Source: Klebsormidium nitens (taxonomy: Eukaryota > Plantae > Klebsormidiophyceae). Taken from it: a DNA stretch of 64,000 nt. The first letter of the stretch is position 1. Each line of letters begins with the position of its first letter. This document shows positions 1-11,829 of the stretch, piece after piece. The stretch spans positions 186,001-250,000 of the forward strand of contig DF236990.1 of assembly GCA_000708835.1 (NCBI GenBank), written 5' to 3'. The notes below the pieces were generated by a model, which had not been told where the DNA came from, did not search any database, and worked only from the letters and a program-made list of their open reading frames with translations. The position numbers and the translations under genes were made by a program.

Positions 1-148
1 GGGACATGCAGGCACCGGCTGTAGGCGCCAGCGGGGCGCGGCCCTGCAGCTCTGGCTATGTAATTTTATATAGGGCACATGCACCGTTACAGCGTCGTGG
101 CGGGCAGCCGCGCCTGGATAACCGTTACTTACCATTTGTGTCATTGAC

Positions 149-854
149 CATAGCGTTCTAGAAGTAGCGTGCGACCATGCCCCTAACTCAGCCCGGTTGC
201 TTGATGGAGAAGTGCTCGGGGAATTTGGATAAGATTCGTTTGCAGGATAAGGTTCGGCGGCAGTGTTAGGGGCAGTTGAGCTCCAAACACAAGCACCGGG
301 AAATCAAATAGCTCCCGACTACTTGTCCGACCATCTATTCACCTTGTTGTTACACTCAGAGTCTACCCTCGGTGAAGTTTCCACCGTGCCTATCGCGACC
401 GGCCGAGTCGAGTCACAGGCAAAAAATTTGTAATCGACGCCGCCTCTACGAGTTATCGCGCGAGGTTCTAAAGCTACCGCCCAACGTCAAAGTTAATTGC
501 ACATTACCGTAGAGGCTGAACTCCGTGACCGTACGGTGCCTCTGCGCAGTCTGACAGGTTCGGACCGCGTGGTATATTTGGCGGTCGATACATGCGACGC
601 GTGGCCTCCGGTAACATTTTGCTCGTGCGGCGGTACGGCAAATTGCACACTGTGCACGCGCAGAGCATTTTTGCCCCGTAATTGTCACTACTTTCTGTCT
701 GCTGTTTGGATGGGGCACATTTGCGCCGTCGATGGACTTTTTGACGGCTGAAACTACCTTATCCTGCACGGCAATCTTTTTTGAGATCTGGAGTGGTGGC
801 TTCTGCGGCCTCCGAGTTAGGGGCATGGTCGCGGGCTACTTCTAGAACGCTATG
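149..854. mobile_element. Non-autonomous TIR element (MITE-like, 706 bp), probably CMC/EnSpm (CACTA) superfamily
   Basis: 41-bp terminal inverted repeats at 149-189 (CATAGCGTTCTAGAAGTAGCGTGCGACCATGCCCCTAACTC) and 814-854, with 2 mismatches. The element is flanked by a direct GAC at 146-148 and 855-857 (3-bp TSD). Weaker sub-terminal inverted similarity lies at ~230-266 vs ~745-780. No transposase ORF. Superfamily is inferred from the 3-bp TSD and CA-start of the TIR. Confidence 0.8.
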
Positions 855-1318
855 GACTCCCTCTCTCGCTCAGCCTTGAGTCCGAGGCTTCATCCTTCCC
901 TTAACACATGGTGATTGATTTCAACCGATTGGATCGAACACACTTACCAATCAGTTAGGCACTGTAGATGGTCACCGTCTTACATAACGTGCTCAGTAGC
1001 CGCTCAGCTAGCTCAGCTTCTTCTCTTGGCTCTGTCAATCTAACAAGGCGTTGGATGGCTTATATTTTTCTTATTATTACGGCCTGAACTCGAAGAATGA
1101 TTTCAGTCTATTCTGCACTTAAAATATGTGCTTCTCACCTTGTTTCAAGGGCCACTTGACTGTAACTATCCGATTAAGTCAGTCCTTGCTCGATTTACGC
1201 TACTTTTGCATCCATGTACGCTAAAATATGGCTTGGAAAGGCCGGAGACCTTTGCTGAATTCCGCGTGCATCAATGCCGAGTAATGAAGCCGTTTTATGG
1301 AAGATCAAAGCAGGGGTA

Positions 1319-4300
1319 CTAGTACGGCTTGTAACCTTGAAGCGAAGCTTCGTTCTTTGATCCCTGGCCGTAGTAATCAAGGTACCACTTGACAAAGTGG
1401 CCTAGTCCAGTCTCGAGGTCAGTGGACGGGTTGTACCTGTGACAAGAAAGACCGATGATTATGTCTCCAAATAGCCGTAAAGTTCTAGTAAGAGCATCTA
1501 GTGCTGGACCACGTTGACTACATCTATAAAAGAGTCATCTTATTTCATCCAAGGAGCTTTCACAATTTTTCGTCCTCTTTCTTTACGCGGCTGAAGCATA
1601 TGACTGCCAACAGAAGTTACCGAAGTAAGCAGAAGCAAAATCGACGAAACTTTGAGAAGTGTCCGCCTACAACAGCAGCGTAGAGCTTCGATCCAGCTTG
1701 CTCTCAGATTTCAATAGCCGATCCGTATTGGTGGCACTGTTCCGCCGCTACTGGCTCTGAACGGAAACATTTGCAACCTTGCAGCGGAACAAACAAGCAG
1801 TACCTGCAGGTTTTATGGATGAAGACCTCTGTCCGTCTCCAATGTCTGATTCAGAAAGGGTATACTAAACCCGAGCTAAAGCGCAGAGAGGCGTGCTCAC
1901 CCAAGCTCATTTCGTGCTCTGGTCACGTTAGCATGCGTGAAGGGGACGTCGCCAGTACTGGGCATCGGAATGTAACTGCGAGCAGGAAACGGAGAGGATT
2001 CCCAACAAGAACAATAAGCCTGATCGTCCGACTAACTTTTGAAGCGTCTCTTTAAAGGTCGAGAAGAAGGTAAAGCCGTTACAGTCGAGAATCTCGAGTC
2101 CGGGATCTGACGCCCCTCAATTCTTGAACGGCCTTCAAACCTCTGATTATGAAACGGCAAGCACTGTAAATACCTCGAGCTCCAGAAGTGATTCAGGCAG
2201 ATGTGCTTCTCCAGGAAGCCCCACGAAACGAAGACTTCCCTGACGTTGCAAACTCTATATCCTTGAGACTCTGACGCTTTTCATTGCTTGGAAGGGCCTG
2301 AAGATCAAGCTTAACGCCCCGCCCCCGAAAGTCCTCTAAGCACTCAGAACCAGTCATTATCGGATGGCCTCCTGCCCGAGGTGCAAAAATCTTTGCGAAG
2401 CCTCCAAAATCTTTGACATTGCAAGATCAAACTAGTCTAAAGCTCGAGCGACATCGACTCCCAAGAGGCCCCAGAGAGTGCTAAGCTCAACGGCTCGCTC
2501 CCGCAGAGCCTCCACAATTTGAAAACGACTCACTTCCGGATGGCTTCCCGGTTCAGATTTCTCCGGGATGACTAAGAAACATCAAGATTTTCAAACGTTG
2601 CATATCTGTCGTTTTCGACACTCTTAACGACCTCGATTCCTAAAAGGCCCAAGAGAGTGTTAAGCTTAACGGCTCCACCCCGCAAAGCCTCCACACTTCA
2701 AACACCACTCACTTCCGGATGGCTTCCCGGTTCAGATGCTTCTCCAGGATGCCCACGAACGTGCTGACTTGCACCGGCTGCGTGTTTCCCAGGTTGAACG
2801 TCCGCAGCTGCGCGCGCTGGCCCAGCTTGCGCCCCTCGGACCCGATGCTCGGCTCCGCGGTGTCCAGGCTCGCTATGCAGCCCTTGACGACGTCATCGAT
2901 GAACGTGAAGTCACGTGCCAGCTCGGTCTGGTCCGGGCCCTGGAAGATCTTGATCGGCTGGCGGTCCATGATGTTACGCGTGAAGGAGAAGTAGGCCATG
3001 TCGGGGCGGCCCCAGGGGCCGTACACGGTGAAGAACCTGGGGGCGAGAGCAGTGTGAATAAGCTTGGATGCTGGTTCGAGAAAAGGGTAAGCACAGTGCG
3101 AATAGTTTCAGATGCGAGTTCGAAGAGATTGGCGAAAACCCTGGGTATCGGAAGAGCGTAACTATTATTCAGGTACGAGGGCGAAGTAAGGGGTGGAATG
3201 GCGGATTGCATTTGAGTCAGCGCTGAGGACGAATACCCTGGAGCTTCTCAGAGGACCCGCGAAGATTCACTGAGAGGGATGTCAATTCTGGCTCAAAGAA
3301 CGGGGTGATGTTTAATAATGTCGAAAACATGAAACAGTGTAAGTGCAAACAGAGGGTGGAAAGAATCATCGTGCAAGGACTCTTGGCTGAAAAGAAGGCT
3401 CAGGAAACAGTTGTCCTGATGGTCGAACACGCCACAACATTCAAGCATACGAAGTAACAACATGCCTTGCAAAGGTTTGGTACACGCGGCAGTACCTGAG
3501 AGCCGTGATGGAGAGGCCGTAGATGTGGTTGTACGTGTGCCCCAAAACTTCGTCAGCTTTCTGGAAGAAGCAGGTCAAACGAGAAACGTCAGCGAGTAGC
3601 CCCAAACGAGAAATGTCAGCGAGTAGCCCGCAGAAACGAGAGAAGATTGGCACCACGGGCGCTGACATCAGCACCAGCTACCAGGTACTTGCGGCGCACA
3701 GAGGTGGTAAAGTTTCTATCCCTCCGAACGGTAGCCGAAATGAAAGTTGAGAATTTAAAATGGCAGAGCGAAGCGTCCGGAATATACGATCTCCGCAGCT
3801 GACGTCAGCTGGGGCGTACCTTGGTCGCTGCATACAAGCTGGCGGGCTGGTCGGTCCGGTCATCTTCCGAGAAGGGCACCTGTAAGCAAAAACAGGCCGA
3901 GGTCAGCTTGAGAACGTCAAATTTTTGCAGAAACTTATATCTGATAAAGCTATTGGATTATGCAGTTAGATTATCAAGAAGACACCAGTCTGACAAGGGT
4001 GTCAACGGATTTGCTCAGGAAACAGCGCGTGAAGATCGACTCGTGCATTCATGCCGGAGATTCCCCACCTTTTCGTTCGTCCCGTAGACACTGCTCGAGG
4101 ACGCATACACGATGGCTGGTTGAGGCTTCGCATTCTGCAGGGCAGACGACACTTGTTTAAATCGAAGTCTGGTCAAGCATCTAATGCAGGCAATTGCTCT
4201 CGACGGAGTTTGCAAGACTTGAGCGCAGCAGGAGCTTGATGTGCTAAGAGCTGATCAACGAAGCAAAATGCTTTCATTGGAGCCAACTAGCGGGACATTC

Positions 4301-6997
4301 CGATGAAGATGGGGGACAATGGTCTGACAGCTCGACTTTCGTGAAGTGGATTGACTATAACAATCTAAATAAGAGGAAAACGAAAGCAGGCACTCATCCT
4401 CCTTGGCATGAGGAGCCCGAGGATGTCGCATGCAAGTATGTTCAGGCATTGAAGCTGATTCCGGCGAAGGCTTAGGCAGGACTTACCTTGCATTCCTCAA
4501 ACAGTGACACAAACCCGGCGATGTTGCTGTGCACATAAGCCTTGGGATTGTGGACAGCGTATCTAACTCCAGCCTGCGGTACAAGAAAGAATTGGCTCAA
4601 TATCATGTATGGATCCAAGGAAGACCGCTGTCAACGGGACCAAAAGCTCACTCATTCCAACAAAATAGATAACAGCTCCTTTTATTTCTCGGAATCACAG
4701 CTTCGCTTCAGAACTCGCTGAAACTCTGCTCGAAGTTGATGGATGATAGGAAGCAAGACTGCCGTCAAAACGACCAGCGAGCTTCGAACGTAACGGCTTC
4801 TCCTGTATTCTGGAAGAACAGCTTGAGTCTATCAAGCTCAGAGCATCTGTTTGGAAGACTTGAGCGGGTTGCACTTGCGCCTACTCAACTCGATTCCTGC
4901 AAACCATTGCTTAGACGGAACGCTAGCATCTGGACTCGATGCATCACTCATAACCTGCTTGGACTCAAATGTGGAGGGTCGCTACTTCTCCTCTGGCAAT
5001 TCTGATTCTCACCTGAGCAGCTAAGTGAAGGACGTGCGTGATTCCCGCAAGCTTGAAAAGGCGAGCTAGGAGAGCTTGATCGTTCAGGTCACCCTCCACC
5101 ACGAAACTGTTGACAGACAGAGACGAGCTTCAGTCAGCTTGTGAGCTTCCATGAATTGGGTCTGATCTGAGTTTTGATCACGCATGGCAGCCATTGACCA
5201 TCTTCTTCCTTCTTAGACTTTGTTCGGTGGTGTCTATCAAGAAGACCAAGTCAGTATTGCCTTTGCCCTTCGATCACAACACAGAACTTTGTTTGTCTGC
5301 AAGCTACTGATGAACCTAGATTGTCTCGGTCTGCAAGACTGCTGACGAGGCTGAAACTAAGCTGATACAAACTGATGATAGATGCTGCGATTGGATTCTT
5401 TGGTTTCATCTTGTTCTGATAAGGGCCTTCATCTGCAGTCGTCACATGTGACACCACAATCTGATACAATTCCTATTTGAACCATACCAAGCGGACGACC
5501 TGGTTGAGAGGACTCACATGCCAGCGTTGGCAAGATTCGCGGCACGAGCCCTTTTCAACGCAACTGGATAGTAGTCATTGAAGTTGTCCAGACCAACAAC
5601 TCCGTCTCCCCGCTTCTTCAGAGCCATTGACACATGCGACCCCACAAACCCTGCAGCCCCAGTCACGAGCACAACCAAGTGTCCATCCTCCGAGCGCTCT
5701 GCTGACTTCCGCACAGTTGCCTCCCATGCAGAGCCTCCCCATGTCGGTCGGTAGCTCCCATCCGACGTTTCGTCTGAGTGATGATGTCGTGGAGAGGTGT
5801 GATGAAGTGCGGTGATGCCACTGAGGATAGTGGGAGAGTCGTTTTAGAGAAAGTCATTAGCGTTCTGCTTTGATTGGATCTGATCAAGTGAGAACAGTGC
5901 CACGAGCTTGTTACTTGCAACAGGAGGCAGGTTGGTGCTGTATGGTGAGATTAGACCTGCCAACACGAGACATGTTTGATTTTCACAGGCAGAAAGCTTT
6001 GCTTCAGATGAATCCCGAGACGATAGTCTACTTGTAATAAGCATTCACTGGTGGCAGCTGATTAGGAGGTCTCCTGGACTGCTTTGCACAGATTGTTTGT
6101 ATCCAGAGAAATCTAGATACGATAAAGTACGTGACCTATGCTTGATTGCCTAGAAAAGATACACATACGGAATTGGAGCAAGTGACAAGGTTTGTTGCTG
6201 AAACCAGATAATGCCATGTACAGTGGATTCATTTTGCGCTCTATGTTATCTTTGAGGGTTTCCTTGCCACCAACGAGTTCTATAGATAAGCAGACCTCCA
6301 AATCCTGAGCAAGTGAGGATGGACCAACAAAGTAAAGCTTCTTCAATCTGCACTGCTCTGAGAAGACCTAAAGTCCACTTCATTGGCCAGCAGAATCAAG
6401 TAGCAACCCGAGCACAGGTCTAAATCCAGTATAACGAGGAAACTATTGCTCATGACCCCTATCTGGACACACTGAATGGAAAGCATGTCTTGTAATGAAA
6501 TGCACGTTCAGAACCCTAGGATGACGCTCAAACCCTAATTTTGCGAGGAACCCTAATGGTGCCACAGCCACCCAGGAAAGACGACTTCAAAACATTGCAT
6601 GGATGGAAGCTTACATGATCAGGAGAATTGCTACACCGCAGAAGACCTTCAGCAGATTGTCTGTGCTGCGTGTAGGATTCCGGAAGCTCGGAGTGCCACG
6701 CCCCTTGCTCTCATCCGCTCCGACAGCAGCCATCCTGCTTATCGCCAACGCAGGCCCTCTTTCAGCAAGAGCAGGATCCACTTTTGCGTGGGGCGGACTT
6801 GCAGGCCACCAGAAGCCACCAATGACCTGCTTGGGACTGTGGTGTCCCTTCTTTGTGTCACCGTGAGTCAGCTCTTTGAGGCGAGGACTGCCTCCCTCAA
6901 CGTCGTATTCTGAGAGATGCGAGTCAAATGGTGTGTAGGGTGCCTTCCGCCGCTTTCTGTGCCTGGGCGAATCAGCAGGGGCTGCTATATGGTTCAT
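1319..6997 (-). CDS. GAE: UDP-D-glucuronate 4-epimerase (Golgi type II membrane SDR), ~524 aa, 10 exons
   Basis: Exons 6615-6997, 5518-5820, 5013-5106, 4487-4573, 4069-4134, 3820-3879, 3496-3560, 2713-3036, 1901-1975, 1319-1436. All introns are GT-AG and phases join. Motifs: TM helix (LLKVFCGVAILLIIGITAL), WGGSAWEATVRKSA, VLVTGAAGFVGSHVS, LDNFNDYY, HLAAQAGVRYA, YASSSSVYG, SLYAATKK (YxxxK), RFFTVYGPWGRPDMAYF, RDFTFIDD, GDVPFTHAN, FVKWYLDYY, ending in TAG at 1319. The start codon is uncertain (6997, or the downstream ATG at 6733). Confidence 0.93.
2000..2770 (-). repeat. Decaying ~175-180 bp tandem repeat in GAE intron 8, made of the exon-8 3' end plus its donor site plus the intron start
   Basis: ACTCACTTCCGGATGGCTTCCCGGTTCAGAT occurs at both 2707-2737 (real junction) and 2528-2558. 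The intronic part (GAGAGTGYTAAGCTYAACGGCTC...AGCCTCCACA) occurs at 2653-2695 and 2474-2515. More decayed units lie at ~2295-2400 and ~2190-2260. The left boundary is approximate. Confidence 0.8.
3577..3630 (-). repeat. 27-bp tandem duplication of the branch point/polypyrimidine tract in GAE intron 6
   Basis: AAACGAGAAAYGTCAGCGAGTAGCCC occurs twice (3577-3603, 3604-3630). On the coding strand this reads GCTGAC + TTTCTCGTTT, just upstream of the acceptor at 3561. Confidence 0.75.
6512..6556. promoter_or_regulatory. Cluster of telo-box-like motifs in GAE intron 1
   Basis: AACCCTAG (6512), AAACCCTAA (6530) and AACCCTAA (6549) fall within 45 bp. AAACCCTAA is a known plant cis-element; function here is untested. 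Confidence 0.3.
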
Positions 6998-8289
6998 GCA
7001 AGGGATCTACTTTCGATACTTCTCTGCAGCTCAACCAGACCACAATCTGCATGAGCTTCTCCTGATGAAATCTCGAAATTGTCGGACTGGGCAGGAGTGC
7101 CGCATTGGATCAATTGAACAGCTGGCGCTCTCAGCTGAATTGACAATGCGCTGCTCCCTGTTGACATCAGCATTTACATCAGCTTCTGATAGAGAGGGAC
7201 TTGTGACGTTAGGAGAGCGGGTTTTGGTCGAACTCGAATAGCATAGGCTGTCTTTGAAGGCGGCTACATAATGATTTCTCGGAGGTCACTCCCCTGAAAG
7301 ATAAAGTTCAACTTATCAACTTAGCAGCGGATTCAATGCAGTTCTGCAATGTCGTTTGCACTGTCCGACGCGCTTTGTCGCAGGAACTCTTGACCCTTCA
7401 GAAGACACAGAGAGAGCTGATCGGCAGCGCTTTTGCGCAACTGGCAGCGCCCAATATTGGACGTATTCTCACTGTGTCCTACTCAGAGCGGCATGCTCGT
7501 TGCAGGACGTGCGACGACGTGATGTAACCAGGGACTACTTTGCGTTACATACCAATCCAAGCGACTACAGCCGCTATCACGGGCAAGTGGTCAATGGCAT
7601 CCAGTGTAACGCCAGGGTCACAAAGCACCCTTGCAACCGGTTCCAGGCTCCGAGGGGTACTTTGCACGTCCGCCCGGAACCAAGATTTTGATGACTTTGA
7701 CCCAAATAGGGTTAGCAGCAGAGTCCAGCATCCAAATTTTGTCTCCGGACAGACGTCTCAACACCATGCTCTGGAGGCCTGGTTAAGCCTGGTTATACAG
7801 CTTTTGGCCCTAACCAATACATACAGACCTGTTTCTGCGAGGAACCGAGAATCTTACCGCGCCCGGGAACTTATGAGCCGTCCAATCAATCTTGTTTTCT
7901 ATCGGACGGTAGGTAGCATTTTTTTCGGATTCTAAGAGGCGCTTCGTGACCGTGGTGCGCCGATCGGATTCAATGGCACGGACGGTCAGGAAGAAACGAG
8001 CTTGTCAAAGCTCTGAAAGCTGGCTACAAGATCGCAAGATTACCGGTACTTCAAGGACAATAGATTCAAGGTTCCGAAGTTCGCCCTTCCCATACTCATA
8101 CTCACACTCACCTAACGGTCCAGTTTGCCCTGCAGTCGATCTCAAGTAGACCTCATGTCAGATATTTGGACAGGTAGCGGAGTGCACCCAAGAATTTTCA
8201 AACGCGCTCGTAGTCTCAACCGTCAGATCGCGCCAAGGCGTCGTCGAGGGTCGAACGACGATCGGAAAGCATAAAGTGCTGAAGCTTGC

Positions 8290-9030
8290 CTTGAGCCAAT
8301 ATACGTGATCAAGAGGTCGCCCAGTTGATCGTTCTTGTGGACGGCGGGCGGCCCGGCGGGCGGTTGCTTATCTCGGTCCGGGCATGGGCCTCCGGGCGCC
8401 AGCGGAGCTCACGTGGACTCATTTTGTTGCGGCCTTCGGGAGATAAGAGCGGACCACAATTCGGCTCGTAGCGGAAGTGAACGGAAGAAGGAGAAAGCAA
8501 TCTTCCTGGAAAGGAAGTGTCATCAAGCTGAATTAGCGCAAAGAATGTCTTCATATGAACAGGAGCGACGTACTGAAATCCCGACCGGTTCGCACGCAGA
8601 CAGATCCTTCTAGAAAAGCCAGACCGGGAGCCAGACTCTTCTTTTGATCGTCACGGTTAGCTACGTTGATCAGAGGAACAGGACCTCGCCAAGCACCCCT
8701 GCATGAAAATCCAAAGCTTAGAGGGGCGCATTAAACAAACGTCCATACCTTCCACACTCGTGAGCATGGTTTTCATATTGAACTAGAGAACTACGTGCTG
8801 CAGCAATCATGTTCGCGTGCTTCTATTACTGAATGACCGGCGTACTTGAAGTTTTTGAAAGCAGCCGTGTCAAGTAAAGCTTTCGAAATACGGACCATGG
8901 AGCCACGAGATGGCCTGGGAGTTTTGGGCTCTTCGAGGTAGCCGCAATTGTTTCGACGAGAAGCTCAGAACAAACGCGCGCAGCCGTCTTCGTACGTTAG
9001 GTCCGTATGCATGAGCTTGCTGTTGGACCA
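8290..9030 (-). pseudogene. Decayed duplicate of exons 12 and 11 of the CIA30/Rossmann gene, with an intron-sized spacer
   Basis: 8290-8418 aligns to exon 12 (36082-36205), with shared CAAGAGG.CGCCCAGTTGATC, GGCGGTTGCTTATC and CACGTGGAC, translating VHVSSAG...DKQP..PAV..NDQLG with frameshifts and a stop. ~8925-9030 aligns to exon 11 (36834-36949), with TGGGCTC.T.GAGGTA, GCCGTCTTCGTACGT and GA.CTTGCTG. Strand and order match the real gene; the spacer is ~510 bp vs 628 bp. Confidence 0.85.
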
Positions 9031-9588
9031 AAGTTGCCCAATTTTAAACGCACCTTAAAAAAAGACGATGGAACAGCTTCGTGAACATACTTTCGGTGAG
9101 CAGGCGGGATAATTTGAAGGGATGGGGGATGGGAAGGAAACCCAGAGTGCTTCGTGAAGGAAGATCCGAATGGCTCGTTCAAGGGAGGAAGAACGGCAGC
9201 TTGGGATATACCTAAGGCGTTATGAACACAGAGCCCCCCTTGAAAGAATTGAGAATTGCCCCTTCGTCATCCGGGCGCTAGATCGCAAGATCTAGAACCG
9301 GCCCTTCTTCACAGGCCTACGGCGTCCCTTTTCCACCTCAACGTGAAGTGGCATCATACGTCTGCCCCCTAACAGAGGCTACTAGGAAGGGACGATTATC
9401 ATGGCCACTGCCGCCAAGCGATTATTTCTAAGCGAAAGCTGTCTGCAAGTTGCCACGATGACTTGGGACGATCTTCCAAGCGGCATATACGTCGGTACTT
9501 TCTGGATCTGGTTGCTGTTACAAAAGTAAGAAGGAAGCTATACACAGGATGATTGCTTGCGCATCATGGAGGGAAAGCGCAGCAACTA

Positions 9589-10455
9589 GTCAGACGTCAG
9601 CAAAAGCAGCCGCTAATTTTGCCGCAGCTTTCATCAACTCGAGGCGTGAAGTCCAAAGCGCAGCCCCGGCGAGCATAACAAGAGGACGCGATACGCGCGC
9701 AGAAATAGAAAGAGTGATCTTGGGTAGAAAGTGGAAAGGCCCACAGGGAACTGGTTTAGGCTACGAGCGCAGCTCCAGAGCGCGAGGAAGTTGTCTAAAG
9801 GCTAGAGTCTTCGATACTGGAAGGCCAAATCTCTGATGCTTCTTGAGGTTGGCGTCAGAATTCTCCAGCAGAACTCTCCGCAGGGAGAGCCGCCAGCAGA
9901 CAAGGTCTACTACCATCAAAACCAGCCCCCTAACAAGTCGACAGACGGCTGAGAAGGACAAATCTCGTCGAATTCCTAGATCTGTGGCAGACGAAAGACC
10001 TTGAGCTCATGCTAAGACTCGGACGTCGACAACTTGACACCATCCAGAAACGCTAAGACTCGGTTGCACGACTATCATGCAGGCCACTACCGTTATTTTT
10101 TGATCTCTCAGACGACAGCCTTTTGCGGAACATTTAGATTCTTTGTTTTGCTCTGGTCGGAAATTGGGCTCTAGCTGAACGAAGCTGGGAAGGAACTTGA
10201 AGTGCATATCATTCAAAATGATGGTGCAGCAAGTCAGACGTCAGCAAAAGCATGCAAAACGTCCCGGATATTCCGTCGCAGCTCTTGTCGACTCAGGGCG
10301 TGAGATTTTTGAAGGCGAACCAGAGCATAACAGAGCCGAAGAGATGCCGCAAAACTTGAAGTATTGCTCCTTGGAAAGAAAGTGGAAAGGCCCAGATGTA
10401 CAAGGTTTTGCCAGTCTTCGAGGGCTGCTTCAAATCAAGGCGAGAGGAAGCTGAT
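9589..10455. repeat. Diverged direct repeat pair with ~645-bp offset (9589-9795 and 10233-10455)
   Basis: Shared GTCAGACGTCAGCAAAAGCA, GCAGCT..T...ACTC.G.GCGTGA, GAGCATAACA, AGAAAGTGGAAAGGCCCA and GCG.GAGGAAG.TG. The same segment resembles intron 10 at ~37645-37720. Confidence 0.75.
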
Positions 10456-11829
10456 TGGTTTTGACAGTCCAGAACTTAGAATGATCCAGTGCAGTACGTT
10501 TTTCGTAAGCAAGGATAAGAACCGCACGCACGATACCACATCATGCCATAATGGAGAAGAAGGAAAGCTATAAGTAGATCTCCATGCAAGTCGCTTCAAT
10601 ACAACATGGCCTCAGCAGCATCTGATCTACATGCGCCCAGTTGGCGAGTTTGCCAACAGCCAAGGCATCATAGCCAGCCATTCGACTTTCAAAGGATCGA
10701 GGCGGTAGAAAGCAGCAAGGAGCTCGCACGTGGAAGAAATCAAGCTAGAATGTTACGCATTTGCCGATTGTGTGTATCTGCTGCGAGAAGAGCATGCAGC
10801 AGCCTTGTTACTGCGAAAGCAGGCGCTTCGGCATCAAAGCTCTACCAAGTAGATAGCTTCTTGGGAAAGCCCATGTCCTTTAAATCCTTGCATATCAAAG
10901 CGAGCTAGTGAGACATCAATCGGAAGTAGATGAGGAAGCGCAAGACGAGCCCAAACTTGCAAGAACTCCGTCAAGCGTTGAGTTGGTCATCAAACTGGCG
11001 ATTGCAAACTTCGAACGAGATCGTTGCTTTGTGGTGCTCAACCCAACACTGTGTTCTGGCACCACGAATATCAAGAGAGAGGCAATGCTTTCTGAAGAAT
11101 CACAGGTGCCAAATGATTTCTACCACAATCACGGCCAGTCACCCGACGAACATCAGAATTAAGGCTTAAAAGTCACCACTCCTGAGAAGAACCCAAGATT
11201 GCGAGCTAGAGACAAGATACTTCAGAGCATGTTCATAAGCTGCGCTTGAAGGAAAACGTCTGCCAGTAGCAGCTGATCGAACATCAGCGAAGGATTCTTC
11301 TCATGGTTGATATCTTGCCGCTTCTTAGTGTGACGTGGCGTCATCCGCATCCAAATTTCTCTACTGGGCAAATTCCCACGTGAAATTCCAACATCCTTGC
11401 CAAAGGCAATAGCGAAGGGTCAAAATGAACGGCCAAAAAAGTGAACAAATTCAGCTAGCCTTGAACGCAAATCAAAGAGTCCTATTGCGTACGGAAGAAC
11501 CAGTGCTATCTGGCCGATCAACCCGGAGGCGAACGCAAAACCGGGGTCCGTTGCGGCGACCACGTGGGTCGCCTGCTTAGCCTGCTGCGCGGCCGCGAAG
11601 CCGACGCGCACTGGTCTAAACCCCCCTCGGGCGCGGCCGCGACCCAGCTGCTTTGCAGGGTGAAGAATCGAGCGGAAAGTCGGTTTGTCAGACGGTCGGG
11701 GCGTTCGTACCGCGCTAATTGGCTTTGCGCAGACTCTACAGGGAAGCGGTAAAGAAATGCTCCGTGCCAATTTGCAACTTACAACCTTGCTCGCGTTCTG
11801 GCAAACACTCAATCAGACAACGTCGCAAG

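Noticed and set aside
446-826. ORFs inside the first MITE as a transposase fragment
   Set aside because: Short, with no catalytic or family motif.
5342-5357. Hammerhead ribozyme core (CTGACGA...GAAAC); also CTGATGAG at ~20975 and ~27554
   Set aside because: No stem II closing pair at 5342 and no downstream GAAA or flanking stems at the other sites.
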